Assembly (NCBI GenBank): GCA_963575745.1
Contig: CAUYUJ010000270.1
Location: 558,001 to 622,000, forward strand
DNA: 64,000 bases
From: Prorocentrum cordatum
Taxonomy: Eukaryota
Reading direction: 5' to 3'
The first letter of the stretch is position 1, and every line of letters begins with the position of its first letter. The notes beneath the pieces are model-generated. The model did no database searches and was not told the origin of the DNA. It saw nothing but the letters and a program-made list of their open reading frames with translations. This document shows positions 11,884 to 23,500 of the stretch, in pieces. A program made the position numbers and the translations under genes.

Positions 11884-13950
11884 TCAGGTGAGGTTCTGGT
11901 AGTGCTTCCACAAAGCTGAGATCTTATCATCCTTACGCTTGGGTTCCGTGATCTTCTGTTTCTTGAAAATATTGCTCGTTATCTGGGAGAGCTTGCGATT
12001 GCCCCAGGAACTGGAGAACGCTTCCTTGAACGTAGACTCTTTCCCATCCGCCAGCTCAAAGATGTTCTCAAACTGCGTCTCCACCAGCATGCGCTTGATG
12101 TTCGTGAGGTCCCCGGCATCAGCGGTGCCGGTTACCCCCGGCGGCGCGCTCGTGCTAGGGGCTGGGGCTGGGCTCGCCGCCGTGGAAGTCCCTGGAGGCG
12201 GCGGCGGACCCGTGCCGCCCGCGCGCGGAGTCGCGTGGGCCAAGATGCTGTTCTCCTGGAACGCGCGGTCGATCGACTCCTGCATTGCCCTGGCCATGAT
12301 CTCCCCCTGGCGGCGAACCTCGATGTCAAGAAGCTCCTGCTCCCGCTGGTCCATGAACGCGGCGTGCGACGGATCGTGCTTGTACATCCACCTCTTGTGG
12401 CGGTCCAGGCGGCGCGCCTCGTGGTTATCCCTCGATCCTGACGAGGAGCTCGAACGGGTGCGGCGGCCCCTCCGTCGGTCACGATCACGGTCGCGATCCC
12501 GCTGGCCACGGTGGTCGCCTCTGTCGCGGTCACGATCCTCACGAGGGCGACCTTTCCCCCCATCGTGGAACCCGCGGCCTGCACCACCTTTGCCCATGAG
12601 GCCAACCTTCTGCCTGTCAATCTCCACGATGGCCCGAATCCAAGACCGGAGACTTTCTCGAGCCAAACGGACGGCGGGATGGTTGGGCAAGGAGTGCAGT
12701 AGTGCCCTCAAGAGGTACTGGGGGTACCCAAGAAGGAACAGCTCCATAACATACTCTTGGATATGCAACAGGGTGGTGAGGCGTCCCAACTGCAACCGAC
12801 GAGCACGGAACATTCGACCAATCAGGATCCCCCGGAGGACGCCGAACGGTGTGGGTAGTGCACCGACCCAGGCAATGGTATTAGTCCGAGCGCGCTCACG
12901 AACCTCTGGCGATTGATACAGCCACGGACGGTTCATATTTTTTGGAATAACCTGCAAGCTGTAACCCATCACTCGGCACGAAAAATCAATCCAATCAAAC
13001 GGTACCCCAGACTGCCCATCAGAAGTAGATACTACAGTCAAGGGCTCCTGGAAAACCCCGTGGAGATACAACACCATACAAGAACAGCATAATCCAAGAC
13101 TCCCAGCTAATAGATCATCAACAGAGCGGCTCCAGTTTATCGTTTTTTATATAATAGGAGCCCCAGGAAGCTGAAATTCAGGAATTCCAGGCGACGCGAC
13201 ACTTTCTCGAGCACGACCTTCTTCCGAACCTAGCTTGACCGACACTGCTGCAGCCGACATTACTCCACCTATAGCCATCCCAGCAAGTTCCAAAGCCACC
13301 TCGCCCAGCATTACTTAGGTCTGATACGAAGCCATAGCTAAAGCCCTCCGGAGCATGGTTAGCGACAAAGCCCACCAACCACGACCATGCTGTCTCGCAT
13401 CTGTCCCGTGCTTGGCGATGAACCGTTTTCCTCTACGAATCAGAAGACGCTCGTGGCCTCCACTCGCACGAAAATTACGTGCGACATAGCCCCATGCGGG
13501 GACGATCGAGCTGGCCTTGCAGCTCTCAAAAGCTTGGTCGATGTCCACAGTCACTGCGTGCAGCCCTGGGCCCATGCTGCGCTGGCAGCGCATACATACA
13601 GACGGATTTGCTGGGGCCTCCCGCGACAGCAGTGTCTCTGTCAGATGCTTCCTGGCACAATTAATGTCGAACATCGCACGTGGAACTCCTGCTTCGTACA
13701 CAACTGAACGGTTCCCCCTCGCTGCCACTTGCCAGCCCAGCGCATGCGGGGCCCCTGGCATGTCCAGGATACGACGCCAATGCGAGTGCCCCTCCTTCTT
13801 ACACGTGAGCCCCCCTTCATCCGAACAACATTTGCTTTTGACCAACGGAAACAACTGCGGTGGAAACAACTTCCGTCCAGGGCGGCCAGGCCGACGACGT
13901 AAAAACCACGGCAGGCCCTACTGAGCCCTTGCATATCCCCAGACTTCAAC
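11884..13950 (-). pseudogene. PLE-type reverse transcriptase plus basic low-complexity C-terminal extension (one frame, two in-frame stops)
   Basis: LFPLVKSK..WRRIL (motifs 1-2), TVDIDQAFES (3), GMAIGGVMS (4), WSRSVDDLL (5) and FDWIDF (7) all lie in the frame shared by ORFs 13315-13869 and 11884-13077. Confidence 0.85.
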
Positions 13951-14939
13951 CTGCTTGTAGGTCAACCCCGCACGGATGGACCAGAGCGGATCCTCCAAAA
14001 CACCCTTGAGCAACGGCCAATTCAGATCCGCACGGTTCATAATCCACAGTTTGGCGGGACCCAGACCGCCCCCAACGCGGAATGTGCCAGGGGATAGGGA
14101 TTCCTTCATTCGGGCTCCCACCAGGACCAATCCCTGGGCGGCGCGGCGCCTGCTGGGATAGTCTGGGCACGACATTCGGACCAAACCTGTCGACCCCGAC
14201 GGGGAACCCGAAAGGGAAGCCGAACGCGACGGGCCCACTCAGACCACCGAGCACTGCATTGCCGCCAAAGCGTGGCAGGTGCGTGCCACACGGGCAAGCG
14301 CCACGGTGCAACTACTGCACGCAGCGAGCGGGTCTGACACGCTCGACCGATCTCCTCAGGATCGGAGACCATCCAGTCGAACGTGAACTCGCGGACGCCC
14401 TTCTTCGAGTTCACCTTGTCGACCCATCGATCAGGCCGGCCTTTCTGCGCACGTAGCCGACGTCGTAGCCAATCCCGAACGCTGCGAGTCCTGATCGGTT
14501 TTAATATCATCGAAATCCTCCTGCGTGGATATGGTAGATCGTCCTCCACATATGCTGGTAGAACGAGCGGCGGTGCATTGAACGGTGCCAAACGATGCAG
14601 ACATAGTAAGTGCTCGATTACCATGATGGCCGCCATGCGACGAGCCCCGCCTGGAATAAAATCATTGACCAGCTCCCCTGCACGGTGCAAGAAGCCAGCA
14701 ATCGCGTCCACATTCCACGACGGGGGGAAGTCCACGCATGGACGTTATGATGCGCGATAGGCGGTCACAAAATTTTTATATATATAGATGTATATAAAAA
14801 ACCTTCCTCGAAGATGCTGTTGAGGCCATATCTGCGATCTTCCACCAACCTGAGCCTCTGAATGCCACGATAGACCGCGGAGCACGCGCCCCGAAGTTGC
14901 CCAGGATGTTGTAAAAACCGTTCTCGACGCACACGTTCG

Positions 14940-15791
14940 TCATCGGACCTCTTCCTTCGCGGCCTGGAACACTTGTGACGCCCAAATTGATTGTGCTTGC
15001 TTGGGCCCTCGGGGTCGTGGCGGAGGCCGACGCCGACCTGCTGCTCGTCGTGGTACCAGTAGTGTACCTTGTCGAGCCCCACGCCGCTGATATCCCTGAT
15101 CACGGTTGTTGCACTCAGGATTGGCGAATTTAATGACCAGAGACTCCATCGCGAACGCCTGCGCCTCGGATGGATCGACCGCGACTGGTAGCATACACAG
15201 GGTACCCAAGGACTTCCGCAATAGGCGATATCTGGGCCACCTCCCCTCGGGCTGATCGGGAGACATGATGGCCCTGATGTGTTCGCGAAGTCGTGCGGCC
15301 AGTCCTGGAGTGGTAACCGTGCGCGTGGGATTCGCCTTGCCGCCGTATACTCCAGCAGCATTCCACAAGACATAGACCGATGACTCGGTTGGTAATGACC
15401 TCTCTTCCACACAACTCTGGCACCATGACAACCATGTCTCATCAAGATTACTGATGGCTACCTGCGCATACGGTGGTAAAACACGGAATGCTCTGGTTGC
15501 CCACCTGGGGAACTTTGACTTTTGTAGAGCCTGGCGTAGACGAATCACGCCCATTGCCATGAACATATGAGAAATACGGATGATCACGCTGGGTTCTGTG
15601 ACGCCATACTTCTTGCCACGAGGAAACGCGCGAACCAGTAAGCGATGTAAACGCAGCTGCATGGCAGGAAGCCCTGCCTGGGGTACCATGGACCATACCC
15701 ACATTCGAACTGCTGCGGCCCCTTCTTGCGAGGGTGTCCGGATAAAACGCTGAACTTTGTGTGCCTCCTGCAACGCCCACGAGTAGTGCAT
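14940..15791 (-). pseudogene. GIY-YIG endonuclease domain (N-terminal part of the PLE polyprotein)
   Basis: SSVYVLWNAAGVYGGKA (VY...YxG), ARLREH (conserved Arg/His), AFAMESLVIKFANPECN (metal-binding Glu and conserved Asn). Confidence 0.85.
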
Positions 15792-16184
15792 GGTCGGGAC
15801 GGGCTAACTGATGGCATCTGGGGCGATCACGGGAGGCGGGGACGAACTGGACGTAGTGTGAGCGGTATGCGCGTATGCTCGCTGAAGTTGAGGGTGCATA
15901 TGCAACTAACGAAGATGGACTGGATGAGTCGTGCGACACCGTTGCTGGGAGGCCGGCTTGCCACACGTGGTATGTGCTCTCCAAGGCGATGTATGGGATG
16001 CAGGTCGTGGTGAGGCTGGCGGTAGGCGTCGGCCCTCGTCCCCGATCTGTTTTCCTTGCACCACTGAGCCGCTTGGGGTTCGATCTGAAACCGAAGGACC
16101 GCCAGCGCCTTCTTGAGCGCCCATGCGAGAAGAGCGGGCTCCCCTGGGGCTCGACCTCGAGCCCCACGCGCCCACGAGAATGTG

Positions 16185-16712
16185 TGTGTGAATGTGTGTG
16201 AATGTGTGTGAATGTGTGTGAATGTGTGTGAATGTGTGCGAATGTGTGCGTGTGTGCGTGTGTGCGTGTGTGCGTGCGTGTGCGTGTGCGTGTGCGTGTG
16301 CGTGTGCGTGTCCGTGTGCGTGTGCGTGTGCGTGTGCGTGTGCGTGTGCGTGTGCGTGTGCGTGTGCGTGTGCGTGTGCGTGTGCGTGTGCGTGTGTGTG
16401 CGTGTGCGTGTGCGTGTGCGTGTGCGTGTGCGTGTGCGTGTGCGTGTGCGTGTGCGCGTGTGCGCGTGTGCGCGTGTGCGCGTGCGCGCGTGTGCGCGTG
16501 CGCGTGCGCGTGCGCGTGCGCGTGCGCGTGCGCGTGCGCGTGCGCGTGCGCGTGCGTGCGCGTGCGCGTGCGCGTGCGCGTGCGCGTGCGCGTGCGCGTG
16601 CGCGTGCGCGTGTGTGTGTGTGTGTGTGTGTGGTGTGTGTGGTGTGGGTGTGTGGGTGTGGGTGTGTGGGTGGGGGTGGGTGGGTGGTGGTGGGTAGGGT
16701 GGGGGTTGGCGG
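16185..16712. repeat. (GT)n/(GTGTGC)n/(GCGCGT)n microsatellite, right flank of the PLE
   Basis: Direct reading. Confidence 0.97.
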
Positions 16713-16714
16713 GT

Positions 16715-17470
16715 GGGGACTTTGCAAAAATCTGGAGCCTGCGCCGCCCCCCCCCCCCCCCCCCCCCCATGGGGGACTTTGCAAAATCTGGACCTAACAA
16801 TTCGCGCGGAGCGCGAGCGGTTTTTGTAATTTTCAAAGGAAGTCGGAAATCATTATAAACTCGCGCGAAGCGCGAGCGATTTTTTCGATTTCAAGCGATT
16901 TCACTACCGGAGCCTGCGGCCCCCCTGGGGGGAGGACTTTTTGCAAACAAATGTTGAGCCCGCGACCCCCCTGGTGGATTTTGCAAAATCTGGAGCTAGC
17001 GCGGAGCGCGAGCGATTTTTGCGATTATCAAAGGAAAGCATTACAAACTCGCGCGGAGCGCAAACGATTCTCGCGATTTTCAAGCGGTTTCACCACTGGA
17101 GCCCGCGACCACCCTGGGGGGGGCTTTGCAAACATCTGGAGCCTGCGACCCCCCTGGGGGGACTTTGCAAAAATCTGAAGCCTGCGACCCCTCTGGGGGG
17201 ATTTTGTGTAAAAATCTGAGCCTGTGACCTCCCTGGGACCCTGGGGGTGACTTTGCAAAAATCTGAACCATGCAGCATGTGGCCCCCCTGGAGGGACGTT
17301 GCCAAAATCTGAAGCCTGCGACCCCCCTGGGGTGGACTTTGCAAAAATCTTGAGCCTGCGACCCCCCTGGGGGGACTTTGCAAAAATCTGAAGCCTGCGA
17401 CCCCCCTGAGGGGCGGCTGCGAACCCCCTGAAGGGGCGGCTCCGAACCCCCTGAGGGGCGGCTGCGAACC
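16715..17470. repeat. ~40-bp TTTGCAAAAATCTG satellite, right block
   Basis: Same unit and orientation as 10075-10518. Confidence 0.9.
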
Positions 17471-19169
17471 CCTCCAGGCGTGCCCCAAGAATGCTCCGCT
17501 CCCGGGTTCCCGCCCTGGTCCTCCTCGGGATGCTCCAAACATGTTCCTCAAGATGCTCCTAAAGCCTAAAGATGCTCCAGAAATGCTCCGCCCCCCGGTT
17601 CCCGCCCTGGTCCTCCTCGGGACTTTCCAAACGTGCTCCGAAATATGCTCCTAAAGATGCTCCAACAATGCTGCAAAAATGCTCTGTACCCGGCTCGTCT
17701 CAAAAATGCTCCAAAAATAATCAAACAATGCTCCAACAATGCTCCGGGCTCCTGGTTCCCGCCCTGGTCCTCCTCGGGAAGATGCCCCTAAAGGTGCTCC
17801 AAAAATGCTCCGCCCCCCGGTTCCCGCCCTGGTCGTCCTATGGATGCTCCAAACATGGTCTTACAGATGCTCATAAAGTCCTAAAGATGCTCCAAAAATG
17901 CCCCGCCCCCCCCGGTTCCCGCCCTGGCCCTTCTCGGGGCGCCCCAAAAATGCCCATGAAGATGCCCCAAAGATGCTCCAAAAATGCTCCGCCTCCCGGA
18001 TCCCTGCTCCGCCCTGAAGCCTTATGCCCTGAGCCTGAGGCCCTAAGCCTTGGACGTTGAATGTGAAGGCGAGGCCTTAGGCCCCAGGGCCCTAGGGCAC
18101 ACGCGCCACGCCCTTGGCCTTAGACCGTAGACCCTAGACCTTAGACCCGAGACCCCAGACACACTCCAGACTCTAGACATGAGACCCTGGGCTTGAGATC
18201 CTAGACCCAGACCCTGGACCCTAGACCCCGTGCCCTAGGGTCTAGAGCCTTTGCCAACAAAAATCCAGGATGCTCCTGAGACGGACTAACCGACGAACCA
18301 CTAACCACTAACCCCAGAAGCCAGACGCGCCTGCCATCGGGGCCTAGGAAGCGCACCACTGGCCCCTAGCCCACAACCCAGACTCGTCATCCTCCTCGTT
18401 CTCCTTCCCTTCTGCCCGCCCTAGAGAATCAAAGTGCTACCAAAACCGTGCGGGCATGTTTGGTGCGTCGTCGAAATGGAGTGCTCCGCGAGGGGGGGGG
18501 GCGCCGCCCGGTTTCGGGGCCAGCCCCCCCACCACCCATCCTCTCCTCCCCTCGCGGAGCATATAAGAGTCGCCATGATTGCTTGGCTGCTTGGCCCGGC
18601 GCCTGGCGACGTTCCATGGTCCGAGCCCCTAAGCCCTTAAGCCCCTAAGCCCTAAGCCTCAACCCTTAAACCCTTAACCCCATGAGCCCTTAACCTGTAA
18701 CCCTGAACCCTTAACCCTGATTTCGAACCCCGAACCGCAGTGGCCGAGACGCGGCCCTCATGGCCATGGGCCGAGACCCCGTGGGCGGAGACACCAGGGG
18801 TCAAATCCCATGGGCCGAGACCCTATGGCCTATGGGCTGAGACCCCAAAATCGTGAAAACCCATCGGCAACGACTCTCTGGGTCGAGACCTTGTACCTTG
18901 TGGGCTGAGACGCCGAGACCCTGTGGGCCGATACCTTATGGCCGATGTGCCTATGTCCCATGTCCTAAAGTATGTAGCATATGGGCCTATGGCCTAGGGA
19001 CCTATGGGCCGACACCCGAAATCTTATAGACCGAGACCCCGCGAACGAGACCCCATGGGCGAGACTCTATGCCCTATGGCCCTATGGCCTATGGCCTATG
19101 ACGCATGGCCATATGGCATATGGCCTTGCCGCCTTGCCGAGACCCCATAGGCCGAAACCTTTTTTGTGG

Positions 19170-19870
19170 GCCGAGGCGTGGTCCGACCGTGGTCCGAGGC
19201 GTGGTCCGAGCGTGGTCCGGGGCGTGGTCCGAGCGCGGTCCGAGGCGTGGTCCGCGCGTGGTCCGAGCGTGGCCCGAGCGTGGTCCGCGGCGTGGTCCGA
19301 GGCGTGGTCCGAGCGTGGTCCGAGGCGTGGTCCGAACGTGGTCCGAGCGTGGTCCGGGGTGTGGTCCGAGCGTTGTCCGAGGCGTGGTCCGAGCGTGGTC
19401 CGAGCGTCGTCCGAGCGTGGTCCGAGCGCGGTCGCCCCCCCCCCCACCCCACCCACCCACCCACCCACCCACCCCCACCCACCCACCCACCCACCCACCC
19501 ACCCACCCACCACCCACCACCACCCACCCACCCACCACCACCACCACCACCACCACCACCGCCACCACCACCACCACCACCACACCACCAACCACCACCA
19601 CCAACCACCACCACCACCACCACCACCACCACCACCACCAACCACCACCACCACCACCACCACCACCCCCACCACACCACCACCACCACCACCACCACCA
19701 CCACCACCACCACCACCACCACCACCACCACCACCACCACCACCACCACCACCACCACCACCACCACCACCACCACCACCACCACCCACCACACCACCCC
19801 ACACCACCCCACGCACCACCACCGCCCCCGCCCTCCCACCCCACCCACCCCACCCCGCCCACCCCCCAGA
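19170..19870. repeat. (CGTGGTCCGAG)n minisatellite followed by (CCCA)n/(CCA)n microsatellite
   Basis: Direct reading. Confidence 0.95.
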
Positions 19871-20558
19871 CGATATCCGATATCCTTGCTCCTTGCCCTC
19901 TTACCAAGCGACCAAGCGCCCCCTGCCCCCCTGGCATCTGTCCAGGCGAACCGCATCACTAGTCCATTTGCGTTTATGCGTTTACGTCGTCTACTGTCAA
20001 ACGCTGCCGCGTGGTTCTGATTGTAGAGCGATGGCGCTCCAAAGCTGCTCGCGCGGTTCTGGTCGGACTTTGGCGATGCTCAAAAGATGTTCGTGCGGTT
20101 TTGGCGGCATTGTGAAGGTGTTCGCAAAAGGCCGAGCATCCCGGAAGCATCTTCAACGCGCCCCAGAACCGCGCGAACATTTTTGGAGCACCCATCTAAT
20201 CTCACCAAGACTGCTTGAAACCGCGCGAGCATTTTTTGGAGCGTCGTCAAAACCCAACCGAAACCGAAGAGCATGTTTTGGAGCATCGTCAAACTTTAAC
20301 CGAAACCGAAGAGCATTTTTTGGGGAATCGTCAGAATCCAACCGAAACCGAAGAGCATTTTTGGAGCATCGTCAACATTCAACCGAAACCGAAGACCACG
20401 TTGTGGAGCATCGTCAACATTCAACCGAAACCGAAGACCATGTTTTGGAGCATCGTCAACATCCAACCGAAACCGAAGAGTATGGTTGGAGCATCTGCCT
20501 CAAAAAAACAGAAGAACAGTTTTGGAGCATAAATAATGTTTTCATCATTTCCAAGAGA

Positions 20559-23500
20559 TGACCTTAAAGGCGCATCATAAGCCCAGCGCAAAGCGGGACC
20601 CTGCAACTCCAGGCGCTGTGTCGTGCATGCCGCCCATGTGTCGCTCCACAGGCATGGGGGCTCGGCGCGTCAGAAGAACTGAGAGGCGGTCGGCGACCGC
20701 TCGAAACCCCTGGCCATGAGCTGCTCCGCTGCGAACTCGACCCAGCGCTTCCCTCCAGCACGCCGCCCTGGCAACTGCTTCGCGAGCTGCCACGCGCAGT
20801 CCTCGGCGTCGCCCTTCGCGCGGCACTCCTCCAGGACCTCAGGTGGGCACTCGACCCGCGCGTCCTCCTCCTCCTCGGGGACGTGGTAGTGCGCGTCCTC
20901 CGCGTCAGCAGTGAAGGTGGGCCATCCGTGCTTCAGAGCCACGTAGTCCACCACCAGGCTGTCGGCCATGCTGCTCCCTGGCGCGAAAAGGTCGTCGCGG
21001 CACTCCTGCCGCTTAAACTCTCGCGCGACGAACCTTGACTTCGCGATCCTGCACCCGAGGTTCGCGTTCCACTTGTAGACGTGGTCCCAGCGGGCGCTGA
21101 TCCTCTTGTCGACGGCCTCGCTCCGCTTGACAAGCTTGCCCAACCCGTGCTGCTTCAGGCCGCTGAGGGCCCGCCGGGTGGAAGCCTCGATCAACTGTGA
21201 GTCCGACGCATCGTGGGGATCTGGGATGTCCATGTCCCTGAGGATCTGCAGGAAATCGGGCCGAACGTCATCGCAGTGCTCAGCTGCTACTCCGCGAACT
21301 CGAGACCTTGCAAAGATGCCGCGGTTGTCTCCCTCCTCCGCAGGTCGCTTCGGCGATCGACCCATCGGGGGTGACTGCGGAGCCGCACTCGCTGGCGCCG
21401 CAGTCCGCGGCGTCATGGGGATGTCGTCCCAAGCGCCTCCCGCAGCCGACGACTGCGTCGCTGGCCCCGACTGCCCGCCCCCAACAGGCGCCTCGGCGCC
21501 GTCCGCCGCGTCGGCCGGGGGCGCCGCCATGGGCGTGCCCGTCTGGGCCGCTGGCCCGCCGCCATGGGCGGCCGCGCTGGACTGGGCTGCGGCGGCCGGG
21601 TCTGGCCGCGCCCCAGCTGCCTCTCGCGCCGCCAGATCGGCGTCCGCAGCGGCAGGGGGCGCAACGGATCGGCTCGATCCCGCGCGGGGCCGTGCCCTGC
21701 CCTCGACGCTGCCGCGGCACTTGCGTGGTCGCCGCCACGGCGGTGCGATTGAACCTCCGCTTCTCGGGCAGCCTCTTGACGGTCCTCGTCGCGACCAGCT
21801 CACCCGTCTCGAGGGCGCAGATGTGCTCGCCGTTGTCGCTGCTCTTCCCTAGCCTGACCGCCCTCGCGAAGCCCATGTCGCCCTGTGGTGCACCTTGCCT
21901 CTCGCCCTGCGATTCTTGCCCCTTGGTAGGCGCGCCAGGACGGACCCCCCTGGGGTGGCCATCTCCCTGGCGTAGGCGCGGCCATAGAAGGTCCTCATGC
22001 GCGGCGCGACCGCTCGCCTTGATCCTCAGGTTGGCGCATGCCCAGCCCGCGAGGCGCTGCAACCACTTGTGCGCGGCCGTGCCTGGACGGACCCTGGCCC
22101 CCGGTCGTGCCTCCAGCGCGCTCCTGATCGTGCGGAACTGCGCCTGGATGACGCCGCTGGCGTTCTCGGAAGGGTTCGACTGGGAGCTGAACGCGGGATC
22201 AGGTCTCACGACCGCACGGTTGGGTAGCTCTGTCTCGGCCATGTTGGCCAGGTCCATCATGACGCCCTCGTGGTCGGGCCTTACGATAACCTTCTGATGG
22301 AAGTGGCCCCTGACGAACGCCACCGTGGCTGCCACCGCATAGGGATCAGCGCGTCGGTCAGGCTTCGGGGCACTCCTCGCGGCACCCGCGTCGGCATCCG
22401 TGACCACTAGTACCACCTCCTCGCCCTGTCTCTGGCCATCCTCGGCGCGGGGGCCCGCCCCCGCGTCGTCGGCCGCCTCGCCCCTGAAGAGCGCCAAGTC
22501 GAGCCCGACCGCGGGGGGGCGCTCCGCCTCCGCATCTCGCAGCTCGCGGGGCCTGTCGCGCCCCCGTCCCATCTGGCAATGCTCGCGCCAGCGCCGCGGT
22601 GGGCAGAGGTGGTTCTCTCCTCGCGCCGCTGTCTCTCCTCTGGCGTCGGCCCGCGGACGTCGGGAAACGCGGTCGGCCCCAGCGCTTGCCCCGCCCCCGC
22701 CTGGCGCCTCATCTCCTCGCGCCTTAGCTCCCGGGAGTCGTCCGTCGCCGCCCTCACCTTGCGTCTGCCCTCGTAAACGACGAGCCGTGCCCAGCACTGA
22801 GCCTTGGTCCCGCAATGCGGGGCGCAGATCTCTTTGAAGCGCTTCTGCACGGCGTCGATCCTCGAGCTCGGCCCGAGCCCCTGGAGGTATGACCGCCCAG
22901 GCGGCTGTGCCGCCGCGGGTGCCTCCCGGCCCCGCGCGGGCGCCGCCGCCTCCTGCGCCCGCGGTGGCGCCGCCGCCTCCTGCGCCCGAGGTGGCGCAGC
23001 TCCTGCATCTGGTGGCGATGGGTCGCGTGGCCCTCGAGCCTCTGGGCGCGGCGGAGGACCCCCTCCGCGCGCTGGCCCCCGCGGAACTCCCGCGGCGCCT
23101 GCAGCGGCGATCCTGGCGGGGCAGGCTGCGAGCTCGGCTTCGCCCATCGCGTCGTGGATCTGCGCAGCGAAGTAGAACGCGCTGCCAACTGGCTTCGCGC
23201 CCGCCCGCCCGCCCGCCCCGGGGTTCACGGCGCGCGGGTCACTCTCCCCAAGGACAAACCTGAACTGCTTGCGCGCCAGCTTCCCGAGGCTGAGCGCCGC
23301 GCCCCAAGGGGCGAGGTCGTCGCTCACTCTGAGGTCCCCCAAGCATGGCTGGCGACCCTTCTCGCCACCAGCGACCGTCGGGATCCTCTGGGGCCCCTCG
23401 GTACCAAGCTTCTGGCCGCTCACCGCGGTGAGCTCGGGCGCCGCGGGGCCCTCCTGAACTGTCGGACGCTGCGCCCCGAACGCTTAGCCGCAAAAGTGCT

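Larger units (their letters stand above)
10942..16184 (-). mobile_element. Penelope-like retroelement with N-terminal GIY-YIG endonuclease and ~210-bp direct terminal repeats (pseudo-LTRs)
   Basis: Direct repeats 10942-11156 and 15973-16184 (roughly 90% identical by eye, no TG..CA ends). GIY-YIG lies upstream of RT on the minus strand. No gag, protease or integrase. Embedded in a GT-type microsatellite. Confidence 0.85.
8516..20558. mobile_element. ~12-kb non-autonomous TIR-bounded insertion splitting the Copia RT domain
   Basis: 37-bp terminal inverted repeats (8516-8552 vs 20522-20558, 35/37 identical). Inverted subterminal repeats: GATGCTCC..AAAATGCTC at 8568-8670 vs GAGCATTTT..GGAGCATC at 20170-20530. 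Copia RT coding resumes on both sides. No transposase seen. Confidence 0.9.

Noticed and set aside
15918..15942. Hammerhead-like CTGGATGAGTCGTGCGAC near the PLE 5' repeat
   Set aside because: Antisense to the element, core is not CTGAnGA, and the GAAA is missing.
10942..16184. Direct terminal repeats read as LTRs of an LTR or DIRS element
   Set aside because: No TG..CA ends, PBS, gag, integrase or tyrosine recombinase seen; GIY-YIG plus this RT type indicates PLE pseudo-LTRs.
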